Assembly (NCBI GenBank): GCA_947630545.1
Contig: CANRHX010000005.1
Location: 44-64,043, forward strand
DNA: 64,000 nt
Reading direction: 5' to 3'
From: an uncultured Clostridia bacterium
GTDB taxonomy: Bacteria; Bacillota; Clostridia; TANB77; CAG-508
Part shown: in pieces, positions 11,101-18,437 of the stretch
Numbering within the stretch: the stretch's first letter is position 1
Layout: each line of letters opens with the position of its first letter
The notes under the pieces: generated by a model
Told to the model about the DNA's origin: nothing
Database searches by the model: none
The model's input: only the letters and a program-made list of their open reading frames with translations
Position numbers and translations under genes: made by a program

Positions 11101-12581
11101 GTTTGTGATTTTTCAGCATCTAATGCTTTACTTATCCATGCTATATTTGTTAAAATTTTATACTCTGTTTCATCTGGTTGTTCTGTAACATCACAAACAA
11201 CATATACTGTTGTTGAATCTGGATTTCCAGTTCCACTATATGCATTTAATTCTCTATCGTTTGCTGTTATAGTTAATAAATTAGTTGAACTATTACAATT
11301 AAATGTATATTTTGAATTATCATTCTGTTTTGCAGTTTCTGCCTGATTATATTGTAATCCTGCTGGTAGTTGATCTTTTATTTCTGTTGCTTTTCCTTTT
11401 TTATCACCCTCATTATATATTGTTATTGCGTATGTTACTTTATCTCCTTTTTTTACGACTATTGGATCTTTTTTATGTTTATATGTTGCAGTTTTTGCAC
11501 TTCCATCTTTTAATTTTGTACTATCTACATTAGGCATTCTATTACCTGATGTTGTATAGTTTGTTGTTGCTCCATTTGATGTTACTGAAGATATATATTT
11601 TCTTAATGCTAAGTCAAATTCCTTTTTTCCTGGTTCTATTTCTATTACTGGTTGTGATTTTGTGTTGTCAATTTCACTTTTATCTTTAGCAACATTTGCG
11701 TTTGTATATAAATATACTGTATTTGTACTTACATAATTTCCATTTTTAGCATTTGCTGCATTTGTTTTTGCTTGTCTTACTAAATATTTATAAAGTTGTT
11801 TTGCCATATTGTTTCGATAAGCTCCATTGCCGTTGCTGGATAAATCTATATATCTATCTGTATTTGATGTTGTTCTATAATACAAGAATGAAACTTTCTC
11901 ATTGTTTACATCTGAATCATCATCCCAACTTGTATTGTCATCAACATTTAATCTTACATCGTCATTTGTAAAATACCATAGTGCTACTTGTTGCACTGCT
12001 CTTACTTCATTTGGAGTTATTATACGGTCAGATGAATATGTTTTTAATTCATCATAACTATAACCATCATCATATAATGCATAATAATTATGTCCGTTAT
12101 ATGTATATTCTTTTTCATATAATGATTTTATATATGCTTGAAATTCTGCAGAATCTTTATCAGAATCTCCTAGGTAAAACAAATCTGCTAGTGCTAGTAT
12201 TTGATTATAATTTGATGTATACATACCTAACCCATTAATTAATAATTTATCATTATCATTGGACATATTGTATTTATTAGTATAAATATCTTTGTATTTT
12301 GCAGTTCCAGATAATGCTGTTCTGTTTTCAAACCCAACATTAGCCATACCACAATATGCATTTATTTTTCTCTTTCCACTTTCATCACCAATTTGTGTAA
12401 TTGCATAATTATCATAACTTAATGCATACTCTGGGTTAGTCTCATTTACATATGTTGATGAATTAGCATTTAATTCCATCAATGTTATATTAACAGTATC
12501 TACTGCCAATGAATTTTGAGCAGATAATGCCATTAATATTAGTGCACTTATTATACTTAAAATAATTCTTTTGATTTTCAT
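4584..12581 (-). CDS. Giant cell-surface adhesin (2665 aa): signal peptide, putative thioester domain, 7 DUF11-like repeats, 2 pilin-type isopeptide-like domains, 2 CnaB-like domains, C-terminal hydrophobic anchor
   Basis: AAGGAGAGAGG RBS. Signal peptide MKIKRIILSIISALILMALSAQNSLA. YCGMANVGF and VQQVALWYFTN resemble the thioester Cys and TQxA(I/V)W Gln motifs. There are seven FDLALRK...VYNEG.IDGYA...D.LP.GL units. Other modules are EPEIHKGVK...IPNKA.L.YTNE, and GGITLYKYKK...YWIVETKAPEGY. The C-terminus is SVATG + hydrophobic stretch + KKYVL. Confidence 0.85.
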   Translation of the reverse strand: MKIKRIILSIISALILMALSAQNSLAVDTVNITLMELNANSSTYVNETNPEYALSYDNYAITQIGDESGKRKINAYCGMANVGFENRTALSGTAKYKDIYTNKYNMSNDNDKLLINGLGMYTSNYNQILALADLFYLGDSDKDSAEFQAYIKSLYEKEYTYNGHNYYALYDDGYSYDELKTYSSDRIITPNEVRAVQQVALWYFTNDDVRLNVDDNTSWDDDSDVNNEKVSFLYYRTTSNTDRYIDLSSNGNGAYRNNMAKQLYKYLVRQAKTNAANAKNGNYVSTNTVYLYTNANVAKDKSEIDNTKSQPVIEIEPGKKEFDLALRKYISSVTSNGATTNYTTSGNRMPNVDSTKLKDGSAKTATYKHKKDPIVVKKGDKVTYAITIYNEGDKKGKATEIKDQLPAGLQYNQAETAKQNDNSKYTFNCNSSTNLLTITANDRELNAYSGTGNPDSTTVYVVCDVTEQPDETEYKILTNIAWISKALDAEKSQTSDNPYSGSIIGHDRDSAPGDYPKNGSSDYTKEDLRTTNSLGYTGKTNYTSETDLSDATKYYEGQQDDDDFEKVKVMPKRGSYDIYIVKQDAEGKNLSSKAKFSVKGPGDTAEKEKEVTGELKFTGETPVKINASNVNTPDVYTIKEIQAPDKYCKFDGTITVTVNKAEDDSKYYASSVTYDVKDSSGSSIKSEEKVKVELKDGNLYVYVKNYQFDLALRKYITQINGSDIKTSRKPSIAEDEKNKLATDTATYDDGTTLAKTHTKTPLEVAKGDKVTYAIEIYNEGEIDGYATEVTDYLPDGLDFLPSDPTNINNGWTQDTHDPKKITTNKLAEEGKLLSAFNKSTKELDSEILYIVCQVNDKATSSNLKNIAEITETKDSKKKDVEDRDSTPNDVHKDNYTPEAPTGGKGEQDDDDFEDLKIVEFDLALRKYITKIEDEKGTNVAVPNIQRTPEIDNETIKSITTTATYKHRKDPVVVKPGYFVYYKLTVYNEGDIDGYAKTITDKLPTGLQFIKIEDENTSKYTASYTDTTNTLVLTRKDSQGTITAYDGNTLHSETVTIKCKVTADAEEGADKIYTNIAWISQDYNEKNVNDRDSQPDTHPQENKLVTDIPNNGYIGNNNTDKDLKNPELYFEGQQDDDDFEKIVIYKEPEIHKGVKTVTNQDSGYDDNDDNQIDTNEPHEWVINSSLPLNIADYKKYEIVDDIDYRLEYKGIISVNIINNEGKQVAELEKGTDYKETYTQNTNNTTATSSILGNKYSGTLRLTFIGEGQQISQKLKENAGNIIEVKFKTIFAKDSSGKLLAEVLGKEIPNKAKLEYTNESNEEKEDISEKPEVHTGGITLYKYKKSNGTKVGLKDAEFAIYKTEQDAQKRQNALRVAKSGEDGLVEFVGLEYGEDAKNSPDNLQSDGTYIQGRENAREIPGTTYWIVETKAPEGYETKQDIIEVTIDNDSYKEDINVLIKEEESKASTNRLIENIPTDFDLALRKFITKIGDKNIENRIPQIGESSIEGESTTAEKKHPKNKVSVSRGDTVVYTIRVYNEGKIDGYAKEVTDYLPEGLDLKEESTINSQYGWTSDGKTITTRYLADTIIKAANRDYTKLNEEEYYKDLLVECVVNNKATSNNLKNIAAITEAEDKSGNKVDEDSQPEDIDTDKYSPKKPEEGLGEQDDDDFEDLQVFDLALRKYITKVEDEQGEGVELPNLSRTPDIDESTIESETTTATYDHRKDPVVVKPGYFVYYSLTVYNEGGIDGYAKTITDTLPSGLKFIAIDDEDNSKYKLDSYTESTNTLILTRKDNQGTITAYDGNTLNSETVTIKCQVTANAKEGGDKIYTNIAWISEDYNESGVTDIDSKPSEHPQEEDLVTDSPSKGYIGEGNDDKDWTNPDEYFEGQQDDDDFEKIIIYDEPEIHKGVKEVENQDSGYDDDVNKPHEWVINSSLPSNIANYKKYEIVDDIDYRLVYEGIISVNIIDKKGTKVAELTENTDYKVTYTQNTEQPDAISDILGNKYSGTLKLTFISEEQIISDKIKENGGNIIEVKFKTTFAKDKDGKLLAEIIGKEIPNKARLDYTNESGENHKESEIPEVHTGGITLYKYKKSNGEKVALKDAEFAIYRTREDAENKTNAVQTAKSGENGLVEFVGLEYGEDAKDNESNKKTDGTYIQGEANARVIPGTKYWIVETKAPEGYATIKEPIEVTINNGTYKEDVEVLIKEEESKETTNRLIENKPLNFDLALRKFITKVEDKDVTTRVPQVKYADGKITYEHTKEPVNVVNGNVVTYTLRIFNEGQIDGYASVITDDIPDGVEFLPEHDTNKEYRWVMYTELKEGTEVEDESKVIECKVNGSSEVKKYIETEDASKAVIIRTDYLSKEQGEERKTSEEEENPNLLKTFDESKEISDTNPDYKDIKVAFRVTEPNGSKRILINYAQISDDTDENGDEVEDIDSKPDEWNEGEDDQDIEKIRVPEFDLALRKWVTEAIVIEDGKTKVTKTGHDAWDDPEDVVKVELHRKKLSKVTVKFRYSIRVYNQGEIAGYAKEVTDYIPKGLKFVAKDNPDWKDEGNNVISTRKLENTLLQPGEYADVEVLLTWINGSNNLGLKTNTAEISEDYNEWGVPDKDSTPDNKKPGEDDIDDAPVMLSVATGIEATYIMLGTGILVIIAGGIFLIKKYVL
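5906..10460. repeat. Internal tandem duplication (~2.25-2.3 kb x2) of a four-domain module inside the 2665-aa gene
   Basis: Module order is DUF11-DUF11-pilin-like-CnaB, at about 8151-10460 and again at about 5906-8150. The last three domains are highly similar (e.g. RKDPVVVKPGYFVYY, EPEIHKGVK, GGITLYKYKKSNG). The first DUF11 unit is much more diverged. Confidence 0.75.
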
Positions 12582-12621
12582 GACCTCTCTCCTTAAATCT
12601 ATATTGTATTCTCCTATATTT

Positions 12622-12649
12622 ATTTTATCGTATTTTTTTATAAAGTCAA
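12622..12649 (-). promoter_or_regulatory. Sigma-A-type promoter of the 2665-aa adhesin gene
   Basis: On the minus strand: TTGACT (12644-12649), 16 nt, TAAAAT (12622-12627), about 40 nt upstream of the RBS. The same hexamers and spacing occur upstream of the paralog. Confidence 0.6.
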
Positions 12650-12712
12650 TGCCTTATTTTTACAGTATTTTAAACACTATTTTTTTCTTTTAGGGAAATA
12701 TATATTCATCTT

Positions 12713-12755
12713 ATAATATAAAAAATCACCTTACATTACAATTGTATTATATTTT
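12713..12755 (-). promoter_or_regulatory. Conserved upstream block (copy 1) 64 nt beyond the -35 of the adhesin promoter
   Basis: ataatataaaaaatcaccttacattacaattgtattatatttt is very similar to 18260-18301. It contains the perfect 10-bp palindrome tacaattgta and promoter-like hexamers. Confidence 0.4.
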
Positions 12756-12838
12756 AGTAATATACTTGTAATAATAAGGTATTCATTATTATTTTACAAA
12801 TTAAAATGATTAAATCCGTAGGTTTTGCTATCTTATTG

Positions 12839-12874
12839 AAAAAAAAACGGGAACTAAGTTTCCTTAATTCCCGC
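12839..12874 (-). terminator. Intrinsic terminator after the 1744-aa adhesin gene
   Basis: The minus strand reads GCGGGAAttaaggaaacttagTTCCCGC-like hairpin (CGGGAA/TTCCCG stem) followed by a 9-T run (plus-strand A-run 12839-12847). It lies immediately after the stop at 12880. Confidence 0.7.
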
Positions 12875-15800
12875 AAATTTTATAACACATATTTTTTAAT
12901 TAAGAATATTCCTCCTGCTATTATTGCTAATATGCTTGTTCCTAACATTATATATGTTGCTTCTATACCTGTTGCTACTGATAACATTACTGGTGCGTCA
13001 TCTATATCATCTTCTCCTGGTTTCTTATTGTCTGGTGTTGAATCTTTATCTGGTACTCCCCATTCATTGTAATCTTCTGATATTTCTGCTGTATTTGTTT
13101 TTAATCCTAAATTGTTTGATCCATTTATCCATGTTAATAATACTTCTACATCAGCATATTCTCCTGGTTGTAATAATGTATTTTCTAGTTTTCTTGTTGA
13201 TATTACATTATTTCCTTCATCTTTCCAATCTGGATTATCTTTTGCTACAAATTTTAGTCCTTTTGGTATATAATCTGTTACTTCTTTTGCATATCCTGCT
13301 ATCTCTCCTTGATTATATACTCTTATTGAATATCTGAATTTTACTGTTACTTTTGATAGTTTCTTTCTATGTAATTCTACTTTTACTACATCTTCTGGGT
13401 CATCCCATGCATCATGTCCTGTTTTTGTTACTTTTGTTTTTCCATCTTCTATTACTATAGCTTCTGTTACCCATTTTCTTAATGCTAAGTCAAATTCTGG
13501 TACTCTTATTTTCTCTATGTCTTGGTCATCTTCTCCTTCATTCCATTCATCTGGTTTTGAGTCTATATCTTCAACTTCATCACCGTTTTCGTCTGTGTCA
13601 TCTGATATTTGTGCATAGTTGATTAATATTCTTTTACTTCCATTTGGCTCTGTTACTCTAAATGCTACTTTTATATCTTTATAGTCTGGGTTTGTATCTG
13701 ATATTTCTTTACTTTCATCAAAAGTCTTTAGTAAGTTTGGATTTTCTTCTTCTTCTGATGTCTTTCTTTCTTCTCCTTGTTCTTTTGATAGGTAGTCTGT
13801 TCTTATTATTACTGCTTTGCTTGCATCTTCTGTTTCTATATATTTCTTTACTTCTGAACTTCCATTTACTTTACATTCAATAACTTTTGATTCATCTTCT
13901 ACTTCTGTTCCTTCTTTTAGTTCTGTGTACATTACCCATCTGTATTCTTTGTTTGTATCATGCTCTGGTAAAAATTCTACTCCATCTGGAATGTCATCTG
14001 TTATTACTGATGCGTATCCGTCTATTTGACCTTCATTAAATATTCTTAATGTATATGTTACTACATTTCCATTTACTACATTTACTGGTTCTTTAGTATG
14101 TTCGTAAGTTATTTTTCCATCTGCATATTTTACTTGTGGTACTCTTGTTGTTACATCTTTATCTTCTACTTTTGTTATGAATTTTCTTAATGCTAAGTCA
14201 AAATTTAATGGTTTATTTTCTATTAATCTATTTGTTGTTTCTTTTGACTCTTCTTCTTTTATTAATACTTCTACATCTTCTTTATAAGTACCATTATTTA
14301 TTGTTACTTCTATTGGTTCTTTTATTGTTGCATATCCTTCTGGCGCTTTTGTTTCTACTATCCAATATTTTGTTCCTGGTATTACTCTTGCGTTTGCTTC
14401 TCCTTGTATATATGTTCCATCAGTTTTTTTGTTGCTTTCATTATCTTTTGCATCTTCTCCATATTCTAATCCTACAAATTCTACAAGTCCATTTTCTCCT
14501 GATTTTGCTGTTTGTACTGCATTTGTTTTATTTTCTGCATCTTCCCTTGTTCTATATATTGCAAATTCCGCATCTTTTAATGCTACTTTTTCTCCATTAG
14601 ATTTTTTGTATTTGTATAATGTTATTCCTCCTGTATGTACTTCTGGTATTTCTGATTCTTTATGGTTTTCTCCTGATTCATTTGTATAGTCTAATCTTGC
14701 TTTATTTGGTATTTCTTTTCCTATTATTTCTGCTAATAATTTTCCATCTTTATCTTTTGCGAATGTTGTTTTGAATTTTACTTCTATTATGTTTCCACCA
14801 TTTTCTTTTATTTTATCAGAAATTATTTGTTCTTCGCTTATAAATGTTAGTTTTAATGTTCCTGAATATTTATTTCCTAATATATCTGATATTGCATCTG
14901 GTTGTTCTGTATTTTGAGTATATGTTACTTTATAGTCTGTATTTTCTGTTAATTCTGCTACTTTTGTTCCTTTTTTGTCTATAATATTTACTGATATTAT
15001 TCCTTCATATACTAATCTATAGTCTATATCATCTACAATTTCGTATTTTTTATAGTTTGCTATATTTGATGGTAGACTAGAATTTATTACCCATTCATGT
15101 GGTTTATTTACATCATCATCATATCCTGAATCTTGGTTTTCAACTTCTTTTACACCTTTGTGTATTTCTGGTTCATCATAAATAATTATTTTTTCAAAGT
15201 CATCATCATCTTGTTGTCCTTCAAAGTATTCATCAGGATTTGTCCAATCTTTGTCATCATTACCTTCTCCAATATAACCTTTACTTGGACTATCTGTAAC
15301 TAAATCTTCTTCTTGTGGATGTTCACTTGGCTTTGAGTCTATATCTGTTACACCACTCTCATTGTAATCTTCAGAAATCCATGCTATATTTGTATATATT
15401 TTGTCTCCACCTTCTTTTGCATTTGCTGTTACTTGACATTTAATTGTTACTGTTTCACTATTTAAGGTATTTCCATCATAAGCTGTTATTGTTCCTTGAT
15501 TATCTTTTCTTGTTAATATTAATGTATTTGTACTTTCTGTATAAGAATCTAGTTTATATTTTGAATTATCTTCATCATCTATTGCAATGAATTTAAGTCC
15601 TGATGGCAATGTATCTGTTATTGTTTTTGCATATCCATCTATACCACCTTCGTTATATACAGTTAAACTATAATATACAAAATATCCTGGTTTTACAACT
15701 ACTGGATCTTTTCTATGATCATATGTTGCTGTTGTTGTTTCACTTTCTATTGTTGATTCGTCAATATCTGGTGTTCTTGATAGATTTGGAAGTTCTACAC

Positions 15801-16446
15801 CTTCTCCTTGTTCGTCTTCAACTTTTGTTATATATTTTCTTAATGCTAAATCGAATACTTGTAAATCTTCAAAGTCATCATCATCTTGTTCTCCAAGTCC
15901 TTCTTCTGGTTTCTTTGGACTATATTTGTCTGTATCTATATCTTCTGGCTGTGAATCTTCATCTACTTTATTTCCACTTTTGTCTTCTGCTTCTGTTATT
16001 GCTGCAATATTTTTTAAATTATTTGATGTTGCTTTGTTATTTACTACACATTCTACTAATAAATCTTTATAATATTCTTCTTCGTTTAATTTTGTATAAT
16101 CTCTATTTGCTGCTTTTATTATTGTATCTGCTAAATATCTTGTTGTTATTGTCTTTCCATCACTTGTCCATCCATATTGACTATTTATTGTACTTTCTTC
16201 TTTTAAGTCTAATCCTTCTGGTAAATAGTCTGTTACTTCTTTTGCATATCCGTCTATTTGTCCTTCATTATATACTCTTATTGTATATACTACTGTATCT
16301 CCCCTTGATACGGATACTTTATTTTTTGGATGTTTCTTCTCTGCTGTTGTTGTTTCTCCTTCTACTGCACTTCCACCAATTTGTGGCATTCTATCTTCTA
16401 TGTTTTTATCTCCTATTTTTGTTATGAATTTTCTTAATGCTAAATC
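12871..16446. repeat. Copy 2 of the ~3.5 kb direct repeat
   Basis: Same as above. The antisense ORFs in the track (e.g. 5366/13662, 5521/13817, 5894/14190, 6133/14429) translate identically. Confidence 0.9.
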
Positions 16447-18114
16447 CATTTTTTTAGGTTTTAATACTAGTTTTTCAAAGTCGTCATCATCTTCTTGTCC
16501 TTCATAATAGTAGTCTGAATCTGCTGGTGTAACTTCTTGATTTGTTTCTTTTCCTTTATAGCTTTCCATACTATCTTTATTTACTTGTGGTGTTGTCCCT
16601 GGTGCAGAATCTCTATCATATTTTGTATCAGGTCCTTTTTCAGTTCCAGTATATTTTTCTCCTGTTGAATCATTATAAGCTTCACTTATCCATGCTACAT
16701 TTGTTAATATTTTGTCTGTATCTGTATTTGCATGTGCTGTTACTGTACAAACTACTTGTACACTTGTTTTATCTAGTGTTCCATCATTATTATATTTATT
16801 TAGATTATTTAAAGCTTGTTTTTCTGATATTGTTACTTTATTATTGGCTGAATCATAGTTAAATGTATAATTATCATTATCTCCATGTAAATTTACTGTT
16901 GCTGATTGATCAAACTCCAATCCTGTAGGCAATTGGTCTACTATTTGTGTTGCTCTACCATTTACATCGCCTTCATTATATACTGTTAATGTATATATTA
17001 CTTCATCTCCTTCATTTACTGTAACTGGATCTTTTTTATGTTTGTATTCTGCAGTTGTACTTTCTCCATTATCTAGTTTTGTTGTTACTATGTTAGGATT
17101 TCTATCATTTATATTTGTATTTCCTACTTTTGTTATATATTTTCTTAATGCTAAGTCAAATTCTTTTTTACCAGGTTCTATTTCTATTACTGGTTGTGAT
17201 TTTGTTGTTTCAGTTGTTTTTTTAGCTATTGTTCCATTTGTATATAAATATACTGTATTTGTGCTTTCATAATTTCCATTTGTAACATTTTTAGCATTTG
17301 TTTTTGCTTGTCTTATTAAATATTTATATAGTTGCTTTGCCATATTATTTTGGTAATCCCCATCAGTTCCTGTACCTGTTGATAAACTTTTATAACTATT
17401 TTGATTTTGTTGATAATCTGCATGTGTTCTATAATATAAAAATGCGGCTTTAGAATTATTTTCAGATGTATCTGAATCATCATCAACATTTAAATATTTT
17501 CTATCAGGATTTGTAAAATACCATAGTGCAACTTGTTGTACTGCTCTTACTTGGTTAGGAGTTATTATACGACCAGGCTTAAACTGTTTTAATTGTTCAT
17601 ATGTATATTCTTCGGCTTCATGTAATACATAATAATGTTTTCCATTATATGTATATTGTTTATCAAATAATGGTTTTATATATGCTTCAAATTCTGTATC
17701 AGAACTTCCTAAATAAAATAAATCTGCTAGTGCTAATATTTCATCATAATTTTCTAGATACATTCCTTCGTTTTGAATAGTTTGTTTTTCTGTTGACATA
17801 TTGTATTTAGTTTTATAAATATCTTGATATTTATTATTAGTTTCAGAATAGTTAGTCCTATTTTCGAACCCTACTCCTGCCATAGCACAATATGCATTTG
17901 GTCTTCTTTCTCCATTACTATTTGCAATTTGTGTAATTCCTAAGTCAGTACTATTTAATCCGAATTCAGGATTATCATCATTAACATTTGCAGAATTTGC
18001 ATTTAATTCCATTAATGTTAATTCAATATTTTCAACAGCAAATACATTTTGTGCAAATACTGCTACTAATATTAATGCGCTTAACATTGTTAAAATAATT
18101 CTTTTAATTTTCAT
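12880..18114 (-). CDS. Giant cell-surface adhesin paralog (1744 aa), same architecture with 5 DUF11-like repeats
   Basis: Signal peptide MKIKRIILTMLSALILVAVFAQNVFA. YCAMAGVGF and VQQVALWYFTN motifs. Five FDLALRK units. The C-terminal part, about 1100 aa, is amino-acid identical to the 2665-aa protein. Confidence 0.85.
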   Translation of the reverse strand: MKIKRIILTMLSALILVAVFAQNVFAVENIELTLMELNANSANVNDDNPEFGLNSTDLGITQIANSNGERRPNAYCAMAGVGFENRTNYSETNNKYQDIYKTKYNMSTEKQTIQNEGMYLENYDEILALADLFYLGSSDTEFEAYIKPLFDKQYTYNGKHYYVLHEAEEYTYEQLKQFKPGRIITPNQVRAVQQVALWYFTNPDRKYLNVDDDSDTSENNSKAAFLYYRTHADYQQNQNSYKSLSTGTGTDGDYQNNMAKQLYKYLIRQAKTNAKNVTNGNYESTNTVYLYTNGTIAKKTTETTKSQPVIEIEPGKKEFDLALRKYITKVGNTNINDRNPNIVTTKLDNGESTTAEYKHKKDPVTVNEGDEVIYTLTVYNEGDVNGRATQIVDQLPTGLEFDQSATVNLHGDNDNYTFNYDSANNKVTISEKQALNNLNKYNNDGTLDKTSVQVVCTVTAHANTDTDKILTNVAWISEAYNDSTGEKYTGTEKGPDTKYDRDSAPGTTPQVNKDSMESYKGKETNQEVTPADSDYYYEGQEDDDDFEKLVLKPKKMDLALRKFITKIGDKNIEDRMPQIGGSAVEGETTTAEKKHPKNKVSVSRGDTVVYTIRVYNEGQIDGYAKEVTDYLPEGLDLKEESTINSQYGWTSDGKTITTRYLADTIIKAANRDYTKLNEEEYYKDLLVECVVNNKATSNNLKNIAAITEAEDKSGNKVDEDSQPEDIDTDKYSPKKPEEGLGEQDDDDFEDLQVFDLALRKYITKVEDEQGEGVELPNLSRTPDIDESTIESETTTATYDHRKDPVVVKPGYFVYYSLTVYNEGGIDGYAKTITDTLPSGLKFIAIDDEDNSKYKLDSYTESTNTLILTRKDNQGTITAYDGNTLNSETVTIKCQVTANAKEGGDKIYTNIAWISEDYNESGVTDIDSKPSEHPQEEDLVTDSPSKGYIGEGNDDKDWTNPDEYFEGQQDDDDFEKIIIYDEPEIHKGVKEVENQDSGYDDDVNKPHEWVINSSLPSNIANYKKYEIVDDIDYRLVYEGIISVNIIDKKGTKVAELTENTDYKVTYTQNTEQPDAISDILGNKYSGTLKLTFISEEQIISDKIKENGGNIIEVKFKTTFAKDKDGKLLAEIIGKEIPNKARLDYTNESGENHKESEIPEVHTGGITLYKYKKSNGEKVALKDAEFAIYRTREDAENKTNAVQTAKSGENGLVEFVGLEYGEDAKDNESNKKTDGTYIQGEANARVIPGTKYWIVETKAPEGYATIKEPIEVTINNGTYKEDVEVLIKEEESKETTNRLIENKPLNFDLALRKFITKVEDKDVTTRVPQVKYADGKITYEHTKEPVNVVNGNVVTYTLRIFNEGQIDGYASVITDDIPDGVEFLPEHDTNKEYRWVMYTELKEGTEVEDESKVIECKVNGSSEVKKYIETEDASKAVIIRTDYLSKEQGEERKTSEEEENPNLLKTFDESKEISDTNPDYKDIKVAFRVTEPNGSKRILINYAQISDDTDENGDEVEDIDSKPDEWNEGEDDQDIEKIRVPEFDLALRKWVTEAIVIEDGKTKVTKTGHDAWDDPEDVVKVELHRKKLSKVTVKFRYSIRVYNQGEIAGYAKEVTDYIPKGLKFVAKDNPDWKDEGNNVISTRKLENTLLQPGEYADVEVLLTWINGSNNLGLKTNTAEISEDYNEWGVPDKDSTPDNKKPGEDDIDDAPVMLSVATGIEATYIMLGTSILAIIAGGIFLIKKYVL

Positions 18115-18157
18115 TTTTTCTCTCCTTCACCTTATAAAATGGTATATTTCTATATAT

Positions 18158-18185
18158 ATTTTACTCATTTTTTTTATAAAGTCAA
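18158..18185 (-). promoter_or_regulatory. Sigma-A-type promoter of the 1744-aa adhesin gene
   Basis: On the minus strand: TTGACT (18180-18185), 16 nt, TAAAAT (18158-18163). The surrounding block tttataaagtcaatgccttatttt is conserved with 12634-12660. Confidence 0.6.
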
Positions 18186-18259
18186 TGCCTTATTTTTTAA
18201 AGTTTTCTACCAATTTATTATGGTCTTTCTTTCGCCTACGGAAGTATATTTTTAATCTG

Positions 18260-18301
18260 TAATATAAAAATACACCCTACATTACAATTATATTACATTT
18301 T
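18260..18301 (-). promoter_or_regulatory. Conserved upstream block (copy 2)
   Basis: taatataaaaatacaccctacattacaattatattacatttt, about 75 nt beyond the -35 hexamer. Confidence 0.4.
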
Positions 18302-18437
18302 CGTGACAAAATCAAGGCTTTATGCGAATTTCGTGTATATTTATTAATCTTCCCCAATTTTCCCTAATCTTTTTGACACAATATAATTTTATCATAATTA
18401 GATTTTATAAAAATATATTTAAAATAAAGGTGATTCT

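Noticed and set aside
12582-12760. c-di-GMP riboswitch in the adhesin leaders (expected by analogy with C. difficile adhesins)
   Set aside because: The 5' leaders are only about 40 nt after the predicted -10 and are extremely AT-rich. I could find no GC-rich paired helices or GEMM-like conserved segments.
4658-17272. More than 20 plus-strand ORFs (60-274 aa) antisense to the adhesin genes, all Leu/Phe/Ile/Tyr-rich
   Set aside because: They are the reverse-frame shadow of Asp/Glu/Lys/Asn-rich coding sequence on the minus strand. They have no RBS and lie entirely inside two long, well-supported genes. Their duplication simply mirrors the DNA repeat.
4584-18114. Possible CRISPR array or other non-coding repeat array suggested by the strong periodicity
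   Set aside because: The periodicity comes from in-frame protein domain repeats (FDLALRK units every 0.6-1.7 kb) within continuous ORFs. There is no short direct-repeat/spacer organisation and no cas genes.
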